Positions 52,586 to 64,000 of a stretch of 64,000 nucleotides of DNA are shown piece after piece. The position numbers and the translations under genes were made by a program. The notes below the pieces were generated by a model. The model saw only the letters and a program-made list of their open reading frames with translations. It made no database searches and had not been told where the DNA came from. How positions within the stretch are numbered: the first letter of the stretch is position 1; every line of letters begins with the position of its first letter. This DNA is from Phyllobates terribilis (Eukaryota), in contig NW_027362768.1 in assembly GCF_046119375.1 (NCBI RefSeq), positions 276,768,001-276,832,000 of the forward strand. Direction: 5' to 3'.

Positions 52586-54718
52586 AGATCCTATTTTCTG
52601 GTTCTACCAGTTTATTGGACTATTCCGTCTCTTCTGTTCTCGTGTATGTGTGCAGCTGTCTGGTTATTAGATGTAATGTCCTTAACGCTGCATACTCCTT
52701 TGCTTACATCCCTCTATTTTTGTCTACCTCCGTTCACTTATCTTCTGCGGTCTGTCTGACCCTGGATCTGTCTTCTGCATCAATCTGCTCCTTGACATAC
52801 TTTATAATTACTCCCACTCCGACTGCCCTCTCACCCATTTCAACAGTGGAGATGGAATATACAAAAATGATACGAGTGTGGATAATGCATTTTTAGGAGC
52901 AAATATAGTGAATGGCTGTAAGACTGTACTGAAGGGGTATTTCAGCTACAAGCATTCATCGCCTAGCCCACTGCTCGGCTGTATTAATCAGTGCTACAGA
53001 ATGCAAATACAGCGCCAATGTGCACACTTCACAGTGCTCCAATATAACGCCCCATTGCCCGGGGTCCTCATTCTAGTGATTGGTGGTGTCCCAGCTTTTG
53101 GCACCCAACCGCTCTGGCATTTATTACTAATTACAAGCTTTTTTTAAAAAGCATGAATCAATGTAAATTAATCAAAATTGATTCTTTATTTGTATATAAA
53201 TGCAAGTTACTTCTCATATTAAATATATAAAATGGACCATACAATAGAATATATAAATAACCCATGGTTCCTCACAAGGTAATATCCAATTGTTCATTAC
53301 ATAATAGAAAAATATCAATAAATAGAGCTATAACTACATGTAGAAATAATGAGGCAGGCTGACAGGATTACCTGAGCAAATACCCTGATGCGCGCTTCGC
53401 TTCTTCGTCAGGCAGTAAAAAATGCCACATAAAAGCAATATGATGGCAAGAAATAATTTGGGAACTCGGCAAAGTAATGTCCCCCTCTCCATAGAGCTTG
53501 ATAGAAGGTGTAACCTGGTTCCTCACTGTGCTGACAGTACATCTTCCTTGAATAGTTTGCAGGTGCCTTTTGCAGTGCCCCAAGTGTGTCAGAACAGCAT
53601 ATACCCCTTTCTTCCCCACAAGGGATCACATTTTCGAAATTACACCTTTCAAGGTATTCTTCCATGTCAATTTTCAAGAAACAAGCAAAAGAAACAAGCA
53701 TTCCTCACATGAATTAAAGCTGTCAAACAGTCGCAAATCATGCACACGGGAGTGATTCAAACATATCACCGAGTACGCTGAAGATACTCGGTACTTGTCT
53801 GAGCATACTCGCCGAAAGGGTTAACCGAACATACTCGCTCATCACTAGCTGTGACATTTCAGAGAAAACATACTTTTAATAGCCACCGGGGACTGAGCCG
53901 CACTGTGCACTAGTCGTATAGGCAGGTCCCTGGCGGCTTCTACCCACCCACTGACAGTGACTGACAGGTCTCTGCTTCAGTAGCGTAGCTACCGGGGGGT
54001 GAGGGGTAAAGGGTGCGGCCTCCCTGGGCCCCGCGCTCTGCGGGGCCCACCTGGAGCTACGCTACTTTTAACTGTATCAGTGTACGCTGATACAGTTAAA
54101 GTCTGCGGCAGAGCAGGGAGACACGATTTGTATCTATAATGTATGGGGGTGCATTATACTGTATGGACTATGGGGGTGCATTATACTCTGTGGACTATGT
54201 GGACTAACGTCCTTGTAAAAAGAAAAAACGGGTCCTGTTGAAGCGCTGGAGCGCAAAACAGCCGTCATCTGTACAGAGTGCCACATGCTCCCCTGCCTTG
54301 TCTTTTCTACTATGAAATAAGAATAAAGGATTTCTTTTATACTTGCCGGTGAGTGCTACTCTTTTTTCTTTTTACAAGGACAGCAAATCACATTTGTTGA
54401 GCTGTCATCTTCTTTGCTGATACTGTATTATGCCATAGACTTTCCGTGTGTAAATTTTGCAGAAAATATGCAAGGTATGAACGTACCTATAGTGGTACCC
54501 TCCAGTGGTTTACGAGTCCAAGTGTGTAGGATTTGCAGAAGTGGTAAGTCTAAGGCCAGTTCAGTTTTTTACCTCAGTATTTGTAAGCCAAAACCAGATG
54601 AGGAACAATCAGAGGAAAAGTATAATAGAAACACGTCACCACTTCTGTATTTATCACCCACTCCTGGTTTTGGCTTACAAATACTGAGGTAAAATACTGA
54701 CCAAATACAGATAGTAGA

Positions 54719-55881
54719 CAGGGCCGGCGTCAGTACCCGGCGCAGGCGGGGGGTCCACTAGCGGTTGGGCACCCCGCCAGGCTGTGGGCGGAGGAGAGCG
54801 GTGCCAGAGCTTGCCCTTCCCCCCTGCTTGCTCAAGGCCCCGTAAGCTGGATACTTACCTCTCCCCGTGCCTCCGCAGATCCGCTGTCTTCCTGCTGTGC
54901 TCTCCCTGTGACGTCTCAGGTCAGAGGGTGCGGTGACGTCTTTCCACCGCGCCCTCCCCTGAGCCGTCACAGGCAGTGCAGAGCAGGAAGACGCCGGTGA
55001 CGCTGGAGTCTAGACCTGAGCAGCGGCAGCAGGTGAGGAGGAGTGAGGTGAGCATTTTATTTTTAATGTATGGAGGCATGGGGCATTATATGGGGGGGTG
55101 ACATCCTGCATGGGGCATATTAAAGAGATGGGGTGATATCCTGCATGGGGCATTATATGGGAGGAAAGGGACATCCTGCATGGGGCATATTAAAGAGATG
55201 GGGTGATATCCTGCATGGGGCATTATATGGGGGGAAAGAGACATCCTGCATGGGGCATTATATGGGGGGAAAGGGACATCATGCTTGGGGCATTATATGG
55301 GGAGGGAAGGGACATCCTGCATGGGGCATTATATGGGGGGGGGAAGTGACATCCTGCATGGGGCATTATATGGGGGGGGGGGGTGACATCCTGCATGGGG
55401 CATTATATGGGGGGTGACATCCTGCATGGGGAATTATAAGGGGGGGGGGGCAGCCTGCATAGGGCATTATGTGGGGGGAACAGCCTGCATGGAGCATTAT
55501 ATAGGGGCCAGTATCCTGTATGTAGTGCTATATGGGGGCCAGTATCCTGTACGGAGCGTTATATGGAGACCAGTATTCTGTATGGAGCGTTACATGGGGG
55601 CCAGTATCCTGTATGGAGCGTTATATGGGGGCCAGTATACTGTGTGGAGCGATTCGCCGGTTTCTGAGCTATTGTGGAATTTACAATAGATATCACTCAT
55701 GTAATGTAAGAAGTGAAATATTTGCATTGTACTATATATATATATATATATATATATTTCTCTGTGGTATCTGTGCATCATGAATCGAGGTATGTGTTAA
55801 AGGGGCCCACAGAGACTCTTTCACTTGGGGCCCACAGAGACTCTGTCGCCTGGGGCCCAGAAAAACCTGGAGCCAGCCCTG
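54719..55881. mobile_element. Non-autonomous hAT element with internal minisatellite
   Basis: CAGGGCCGGC...GCCAGCCCTG TIRs; perfect 8-bp TSD ATAGTAGA. Confidence 0.9.
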
Positions 55882-56626
55882 ATAGTAGAGAACCACAGGC
55901 AGGAGGCAAATGGGTGTCAATTTACACTAGGATCCAATGTGTGCAGCAATGACCGCTAGAGGGCGCCATGCGCTTAGCAATCACAGCGTACTATCCAGCC
56001 ACTAGGGCCTTCTGTGAGGAACTCACCAATGCAGGACACTCTGCTGATACAAGTGTGGTTTCTGTGTCTTCCCTCACTGCTGCAAGTAACGGCCATTTTT
56101 AAGAAGCCTCAATGTCTTCAGAGGGGATTATTGAGCGCTGTGAGTCCGGTGCTGCGGTGAGTACCTGTGCGGCGCCGAGGAGCTGACGCCGCTGCAGACG
56201 GTGCAGAGAGGAGAGCGGCAGCAGCTCACTGTTAACCTGTCCTGTGCTGCAGGCGGCAGACATGTAATGTGTTTCTCATTAACTCTTTGCTCCACGTTCA
56301 GTATTTAATTATTAATGCTCAATCCTAAACCTGCTGTTTCCTGTCCTGTTAGAGCATAGGCTAACATGGCATGTGCTTACAAAAAAGCATTTTCAGGGTT
56401 TGTTAGCTAATTTTGTGGTAACTATAGTAAGTAAATAAATAAAAAATTAAAGTACTTTTTTTTTCTTCACATGTCCACTAGTTTTGCAATTTTGTGTTTT
56501 ATATATCACCTGAAATTTTATTGTGGGAAGCATTATTTATCTATTAGTACAATTGTAATGTACATTGTTGGTTACATGATTTAGGTACGCCACAAGAAGA
56601 GCAGAAACTTGACGCTGTGCACATAA

Positions 56627-56797
56627 GGCCACGTTCACACGCTCAGTATTTTACCTCAGTATTTGTAAGCCAAAACCAGGAGTGAGTAATAAATACAGAA
56701 GTGGTGACGAGTTTCTATTATACTTTTCCTCTGATTGTTCCTCATCTGGTTTTGGCTACAAATACTGAGGTAAAAAACTGAACACGTGAACGTGGCC
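56627..56797. mobile_element. Harbinger-type hairpin MITE; relatives at about 49285-49475 and 54551-54718
   Basis: GGCCACGTTCAC...GTGAACGTGGCC, flanks TAA/TGA. Confidence 0.7.
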
Positions 56798-57241
56798 TGA
56801 CAGTGACGACCAAAAAGTAGACATTACTTGGAAAACCCCTTTAAGAGAATTGCGTCAAGGCTTACGACGTTGAGGGACTAATTATAATATTTACTATTCA
56901 TTCATTCATTTTACAAACCTGATATGAAAAAAAGGGAAACCCCCCCTATCTCTCCGGTTCTCCGTCAGTCTCTACAGTTGATGGCTTGCCACTGTACGGC
57001 ATGAGATCTCTGACCTTCCCTGTGGATCTTGACGTGTTCTTCTGCTGCAGCGATCACCGGGTTCAGCGGCACGTGATCAGCTGTGGAGAGGGCTCAGAGG
57101 ACCCCAAGGGTAGGACAGCAGCTGTACTACAGCAGTGGGGGATCGCTAAGGTATGGCTTCTTTTTTCACACCATTTTAAACCTTTTTTTATATATATATT
57201 TTTTATGTCTTCACAACTTCTTTAAAGTAAGTTAACTGTTC

Positions 57242-59939
57242 CAGGGGCGGACCTACCACCCGTGCAGCCCGTTCATTGAATGGGGGCCCCAAGGGAGAGG
57301 GGGCCCCTCCAGCCTCCAGCAGGGCTGCCATCAGGGCATGACTGTCCTGACTCCAATATGGGTCCTGGCCTCTTGCGCGTCTCCTCATGGGGCCCCCGCA
57401 GCGCCGGCGTTGGCACCCGGGCAAATGCCGGGGCCCTGAGCGGCGGGGGGACCCTCAGCGTCTGGCACCCCACACGCTATGGGACCCGCGAGTGGATGAG
57501 AGCGGTGTCAGCGCCCGCTCCCCCCCGCTTGCTCAGGGCCCCGGCACCCGGCACAATACTTACCCCTCCCCGTGCCTCCGCAGCAGCTCCTGCATTCTCT
57601 GCGGCTGCTGCACTGTGACGCCTCAGGTCAGAGGGCGCGGTGACGTCTTTACACCGCGCTCTCTCCTGAGCAGTCACAGCGCAGAGCGGGATGAGGCCGG
57701 CGACGCTGGAGTCCAGAGCAGCGGCAGCAGGTGAGACGTGAGGTGAGTATTTGATTTTTTATTTTTTTTTTATTTTTATTGTATGGAGGCATGGGGTATT
57801 ATATGGTGGGGTGGGGGTGTCATCCTGTATGGGGCAGTATAAGGGAGGGGGGTGTGTGACATCCTGCATGGGGCATTATAAGGGGGGTGACATCCTGCAT
57901 GGGGCATTATAAGGGGGGAGGGGGGGTGACATCCTGCATGGGGCATTATAAGGGGGTAGAGGGGGTGACATCCTGCATGGGGCATTATAAGGGGGGGGGG
58001 TGGTGTGACATCCTGCATGGGGCATTATAAGGGAGGGGATGTGTGACATCCTGCATGGGGCATTATAAGGGAGGGGGTGTGTGTGACATCCTGGAGGGGG
58101 TGTGTGTGACATCCTGCATTATAAGGAAGGGGGGGGTGACATCCTGCATGGGGCATTATAAGGGGTGTGTGACATCCTGCATGGGGCATTATAAGGGAGG
58201 GGGGGTGGTGTGACATCCTGCATGGGGCATTATAAGGGAGGGGATGTGTGTGACATCCTGCATGGGGCATTATAAGGGAGGGGGGGGTGGTGTGACATCC
58301 TGCATGGGGCATTATAAGGGAGGGGATGTGTGTGACATCCTGCATGGGGCATTATAAGGGAGGGGATGTGTGTGACATCCTGCATGGGGCATTATAAGGG
58401 GGGTGACATCCTGCATGGGGCATTATAAGGGGGGAGAGGGGGTGACATCCTGCATGGGGCATTATAAGGGGGGGGGGGGGTGTGACATCCTGCATGGGGC
58501 ATTATAAGGGAGGGGATGTGTGTGACATCCTGCATGGGGCATTATAAAGGAGGGGGTGTGTGTGACATCCTGCATGGGGCATTATAAGGGAGGGGGTGTG
58601 TGTGACATCCTGCATTATAAGGAAGGGGGGGGTGACATCCTGCATGGGGCATTATAAGGGGTGTGTGACATCCTGCATGGGGCATTATAAGGGAGGGGGG
58701 TGGTGTGACATCCTGCATGGGGCATTATAAGGGAGGGGATGTGTGTGACATCCTGCATGGGGCATTATAAGGGAGGGGGGGGTGGTGTGACATCCTGCAT
58801 GGGGCATTATAAGGGAGGGGATGTGTGTGACATCCTGCATGGGGCATTATAAGGGAGGGGGTGTGTGTGACATCCTGCATGGGGCATTATATTGGAGGGG
58901 GTGTGTGTGACATCCTGCATGGGGCATTATAAGGGAGGGGGTGTGTGTGACATCCTGCATGGGGCATTATAAGGGAGGGGGTGTGTGTGACATCCTGCAT
59001 GGGGCATTATAAGGGAGGGGGTGTGTGTGACATCCTGCATGGGGCATTATAAGGGAGGGGGTGGGGTGTGACATCCTGCATGGGGCATTATAAGGAAGGG
59101 GGTGGGGGTGTCATCCTGCATGGGGCATTATGTGTGGGGAACAGCCTGCATGGAGCGTTATATGGGGGGCCAGTATCCTGCATGGAGCGTTATATGGGGG
59201 GCCAGTATCCTGCATGGAGCGTTATATTGGGGGCCAGTATTCTGTATGGAGCGTTATATGGGGGCCATTATCCTGTATGGAGCGTTATATGGGGACCAGT
59301 ATCCTGTATGAAGTGTTATATGGGGACCAGTATCCTGTATGGAGCGTTATATGGGGACCAGTATCCTGTATGGAGCATTTTATGGGGGCCAGTATTCTGT
59401 ATGGAGCATTTTATGGGGGCCAGTCTCCTGTATGGAGCATTTTATGGGGGCCAGTACACTGTGTGGAGCGATTCGCTTGTTTCTGAGCTATTGTGGAATT
59501 TACAATAGATATCACTCATGTTGAGCACTAAGCGCCGGGACATCTCAGCGCTGCTTTCCTCTGTGTAGCAGTGCAGCGCTGCTGTGGCAGCGCCTTCATG
59601 ATTCCCCTGACTTCCAGTCATGTGACAGCGCCATCACATGGCCGGAAGTCAGGAGAACCTGGTGGCAGCGACGTGGATGAGCGCCAGGATTCTGCAGGGA
59701 TCGCATGGGGGTAAGTATAACAAGTTTTATTTTTTTAAATAGAATTAATTAACTAGGAGTGGGGGGATGAGAGCTGCACATGGGGGAATGAGAGATGTAC
59801 GGGGGGTGAGAGCTGCACATGGGGGGGTGAGAGATGCACATGGGGGGGTTATGTTTACATAACTTTCTTGCGCTATGAAGGGCAGGGGGGGGCAAAAATT
59901 TCTTGCACAGGGGCCCACTACAGTCTGTGTCCGCCCCTG
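57242..59939. mobile_element. Non-autonomous hAT element (2.7 kb) with expanded minisatellite
   Basis: CAGGGGCGGAC...GTCCGCCCCTG TIRs; perfect 8-bp TSD AACTGTTC. Confidence 0.9.
57790..59470. repeat. G-rich minisatellite (GACATCCTGCATGGGGCATTATAAGGG..., about 30-40 bp unit) grading into a CCAGTATCCTGTATGGAGCGTTATAT variant
   Basis: Directly visible; a shorter array of the same units lies at about 55080-55650. Confidence 0.95.
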
Positions 59940-60203
59940 AACTGTTCTTAAGCTATACTTTTTTCCTTTCTTTTCCCTGACTGTACCAATCTGCTCTATC
60001 GATTTAACAAGTGCTTTTAGCGTTCGCATTTTATTTTTCATATCTAACCTCCAGCTATTAGATCTTTCTGAGGTTATACTAGGTTTAGGATATGAGGAGC
60101 TGCCATCTATTACCACTAGTACCAGCTGATAATGACACGTCCTATGTTAGGAAATCATTCCAAACTTAGCAGTCCTTTTATTTAGAAGTGGGACATCCCC
60201 TTA

Positions 60204-60590
60204 GGGTGCTTTCACATTGTGTTCTGGCACTTGTTTAGTGCTTCTGTCCAATCCCCCCCCAAAATGTGATTCGGACCTATGCACCAATGGGGTCATAGAC
60301 TATAATGGTGCCGACAGACCAAATGTGCGCTCTGCTGTGCATCATTTTTCAAGCATATACGCCTTCTGGAGGCTGACAGCCAGACGTAGTCTACTATGTC
60401 TGAGTGTCAGCCTCCAGTAGGCGTACACCCCCGAAAATGATGCACAGCAGAGCGCACATTCGGTCTGTCGGAGCCATTATAGTCTATGACCCCACCGGCG
60501 CATGTGTCTGAATCCTGTTTTGCGGGGGGTTCGGACGCTAGCCCAGATGGGGCCACCAAACAGGTGCCTGAATGCCATGTGAAAGCACCC
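60204..60590. mobile_element. Harbinger-type fold-back MITE
   Basis: GGGTGCTTTCACA...TGTGAAAGCACCC, TTA TSD, palindromic over most of its length. Confidence 0.82.
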
Positions 60591-60646
60591 TTAAAATGTT
60601 TTCCCTACTCTTACACAATAATATAATTCTCTACAGCTCACATAAT

Positions 60647-61074
60647 ATGGACGGGCATGAAGGAGACCCTACTGCTCAGGAGCCCAAGAAAAATCTCCCA
60701 GTTGATCGTAATGTAAAAAGACGGACAAAGAAAGAAGGTATGAGAGCTTATAACGTAATGATATGAAGGGGGACGCCGACACTCAGGGGGAACGACTAGT
60801 GGCATCTACTCTTCTCCAACATGGAAGTAGTGGAGAAATAATTTGTAAATAATATTTGTCTAAATAATATTCCCTAGACATATAGATACAACCTCCACTT
60901 ATTTAAATGTGAAATTTGAAAAAAGGATTCTGTGTTTTACTTTTTTTTTTTTTTACCCAGAAAATCTAAAGTCAGATCCTTACAAGAAGCAAAAATCAAA
61001 GAATACAGAAACTGCGAGCAAATCCCAGACGCAGAAAACAGAATTTGTACCAACAGATGGGAAACCTGACAAAT
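60647..61074 (+). CDS. Two candidate exons (60647..60737 and 60961..61074) of an unidentified gene
   Basis: Acceptor CTACAG at 60636, ATG 60647, donor GTATGA at 60738; long poly-T plus CCCAG at 60960; donor GTGAGT at 61075; phases 1/1 give an open Lys-rich peptide. Confidence 0.45.
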
Positions 61075-61453
61075 GTGAGTGCTACCCACAGACCCTCCGA
61101 TCGCAGAGCCAGCGACATCACAAAGACTGGTGATACTCGGCTCTGAGCAGCACCAGAGACCTTCTTTATACAGAGGAGGCCACATAATGGATGGTTGGTT
61201 ACCAGTTGACCTGCAAGTGGAGTAAATTAGATCTTGATGTCAGGCCACCAGTGTGTCTTATTAGTTTCTGTACAGAAAATGGAAACCCCCAGTGATTCAG
61301 TGTGACGGCCGTCCCTGTTTCCTACAGAATTGTTTGACAAAGCAAATTGGGACTTGTGATATTAGATGGTATGACCATCACTCTCCCTGATGGATATATA
61401 CTGTAGATCAGAGGAGATGGATGGTCATGGATTGAAGGCTATCTTAACTTTAA

Positions 61454-61832
61454 AGGGGTTGTACCAAGCTTGGATGTTATCTCCAATCAATATTAGTGGA
61501 GAGCTTCCTGATCGCCTGAGGATGGGACTTCTGGGACCACCGCATTTTTGAGAACTGGGCCTGTGAAACTGTGGTTAATCGTGCACACCAAAGTGTCACT
61601 CATTCTCTATGGGACTGTTGGAGATGCGCTCCTCTGGTCTTTGGCACTCCCATTAAGAATGAATGGAGTCACAATGGGCATGCTCGACCACTCGTTCATT
61701 CAGTCTCGTGGGGCTCTTCAGAGCCCTGGATCTCTGGATCAGTGAGGGTCCCAACAGTCAGACCCCTAGGGAATCAGAAACTTATTGCTTTGCTCAGGGA
61801 TAGGTATAATTTCCAAACTTGATACAACCCCT
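61454..61832. mobile_element. Kolobok/T2-like MITE
   Basis: TTAA-AGGGGTTGTA...TACAACCCCT-TTAA. Confidence 0.78.
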
Positions 61833-62567
61833 TTAATGGGCCAGGGCGATGTAAGAAAAAAAAGATAATTGCTTACCAAACCGGCAAATAGGAAGAAACT
61901 ATTCTGACAGAATGTGAAAGTTACAGCCATTTAGGGGCGACTGACTGGCTGCAGTGGTCACTGGTCGATGTTGATACCAGGAGAGTGGTATACACTGTGG
62001 AGTGCACAGGAGGAGTGGCACTTGTATGGTAGGTGGCTTTAGTTTTGTTTACGTTTTCTTATGCTGCCCTTAACTTTTATTACAATGGACCCCTATAAAA
62101 AGGTATAGCTTTGAAGGAAGTCCAATAATTAACTTACTGTGATTCTTAACACTGGGGACTTCATAAAAAGGGATATACAAAACGTATCCCCATGTGGCTG
62201 TCTATGCAGCTGCGATAGATTTTCTAATAGACATTGTTTCCTTTACAAACAGTAGATCTCATTCTGAAAAAGTTTGGAAACTTTCTTTGGGTTTGGAATC
62301 TCAAGCAGGTCTCAGCAAAAAGACCTCTGGTATTTTCACCTTCCAAGACGACTATTTTAGTTGTATTTTCTCTTGAGTGACCATTTAGTAAGGCATGTTG
62401 ACTTATGTGTGTATCGATGTGTATACTGTATTATTATTATCGCGCCATTTATTCCATGGCACTTTACATGTGAATACTGTAGGAATAATTGTATCACATG
62501 TATATGTATACACCCGTAAAATGCCTTGAGGCGTCCTAAGAGTGGACATAATGTAGGTGCTTATTAA

Positions 62568-64000
62568 CCACTTTGCGCCAGAGCCTGTTTTTGCCTTCGT
62601 GACCGGGCCAATTTTTTCAATTCTGACCACTGTCACTTTATGAGGTAATTACTCTGGAACGCTTCAACATATTCCCCCTGATTCTGAGATTGTTTTTTCG
62701 TGACATATTGTACTTCATGATGGTGGTAAAATTTCTTCGATATCACTTGCGTTTATTTGTGAAAAAATCGGAAATTTGGTGAAAATTTTGAAAATTTTGC
62801 AATTTTCAAACTTTGAATTTTCATGCCCTTAAATCAGAGAGATATGTCACACAAAATAGTTAATAAATAACATTTCCCACATGTCTACTTTACATCAGCA
62901 CAATTTTGGGACCAAAATTTTTTTTTGTTAGGAAGCTATAAGGGTTAAAAGTTGACCAGCGATTTCTAATTTTTCCAACAAAATTTACAAAAACATTTTT
63001 TTAGGGACCACATCTTATTTGAAGTGACTTTGAGGGGCCTTTATGACAGAAAATATCCAAAAGTGACACCATTCTAAAAACTGCACCCTCAAGGTGCTCA
63101 AAACCACATTCAAGAAGTTTATTAACCCTTCAGGTGTTTCACGGGAATTTTTGGAACGTGGAAGAAAACAATGAACATTTAACTTTTTTTCACAAAAATG
63201 TTACTTTAGACCCATTTTTTTTATTTTCACAACGGTAACAAGAAAAAATGGAATACACAATTTGTAGTGCAATTTCTCATGAGCGCGCTGATACCCCATA
63301 TGTGAGGGAAAACCACTGTTTGGGCGCACTGCAGGGTTCGGAAGGGAAGGAGCGCCATTAGACTTTTTGAATGTAAAATTTGTTTGATTAATTAGCAGAC
63401 GCCATGTTGCGTTTGGAGAGCCCCTGATGTGCCTAAACAGTGGAAACCCCCCACAAGTGACACCATTTTGGAAACTAGACCCCTTAGGGAACTTATCTAG
63501 ATGTGTGGTGAGCACCTTGAACCCCAAGGTGCTTCACAGAAGTTTATAATATTGAGCTGTAAAAATAAAATTTTCACATTTTTCCCACAAAAACGTTTTT
63601 CATCCCTTAATTTTGCATTATCATAAGGGTAATAGGATAAATTGCACCATGAAATTTGTTGTGCAATTTCTCCTGAACACGCCGATACCCCATATGTGGA
63701 GGCAAGCCACTGTTTGGGCGCACGTCAGGGTTTGAAAGGGAAGGAGCGCCATTTGACTTTTTCAATGTAAAATTATAGATCACGGCATATAGAAGATAGC
63801 AAAGGGTTAACATCATTGGGACCTGATCCAATCAGGTCTCGATGATGTCCCCTGTCAGAGCTATCGCTCTGCTCCGGAACCGCAGCGCTTGCAGGACCCT
63901 GGGGGTCCTGAGCGCTGCGGGACCACCCACCGTTTTTAAACTTCGGCGCTGCACAGAGCCCAGGCAGCGCCGATGTTTATCTACAGTGGGCGGTCGGGAC
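62568..64000 (-). mobile_element. Non-autonomous deletion derivative of the 12321 piggyBac (runs off the window end)
   Basis: TTAA at 62564-67; 62568-63400 is a close reverse complement of about 15700-16577; 63780-64000 is a reverse complement of about 12330-12520; no transposase and no 18-bp array. Confidence 0.88.

Noticed and set aside
52800-52806. TATA-like TATAAA on the minus strand upstream of noggin4
   Set aside because: A single AT-rich motif without TSS evidence.
54849-57565. ATACTTACC matching the U1 snRNA 5' end
   Set aside because: No further U1 sequence follows; it is an antisense splice-donor-like motif inside MITEs.
57790-59100. Constant repeat with variable spacers, superficially CRISPR-like
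   Set aside because: Eukaryotic context, spacers are short G/T low-complexity variants of each other, no cas genes, and the array lies within a hAT element with TSD; it is a minisatellite.
55133-59524. ORFs such as MGHYMGG..., MPHAGCH..., GASILYGALY...
   Set aside because: Translations of minisatellite units.
61328-62376. Further exons of the candidate gene (acceptors at 61327 and about 62208)
   Set aside because: The first yields an immediate stop and the second has a weak pyrimidine tract; insufficient support.

Overview
Vertebrate genomic DNA, very likely a frog (inferred from the transposon inventory and a noggin4 gene), with one 170-N assembly gap. Two host genes are well supported: GCAT (2-amino-3-ketobutyrate CoA ligase; 9 plus-strand exons, 809..45912, splicing to a 416-aa ORF) and a convergent single-exon noggin4 (minus, 51842..52585). 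Two phase-compatible exons at 60.6-61.1 kb may start a third, unidentified gene. Most of the rest is nested mobile DNA: two near-full-length DIRS tyrosine-recombinase retroelements, five Tc1-family elements (one with an intact DD34E ORF, two DD38E), a piggyBac with an intact transposase plus a non-autonomous partner, four solo LTRs, CR1 tails, and hAT, Harbinger-type and Kolobok/T2-type MITEs. The most unusual observations: (1) two DD38E copies whose core appears inverted between long TIRs, swapping the transposase C-terminus; (2) two divergent solo LTRs that both carry a tRNA-Ser primer-binding-like motif inside the LTR; (3) a frame-restoring GT-AG intron in a DIRS gag. All coordinates and alignments were read by eye; no database search was run.
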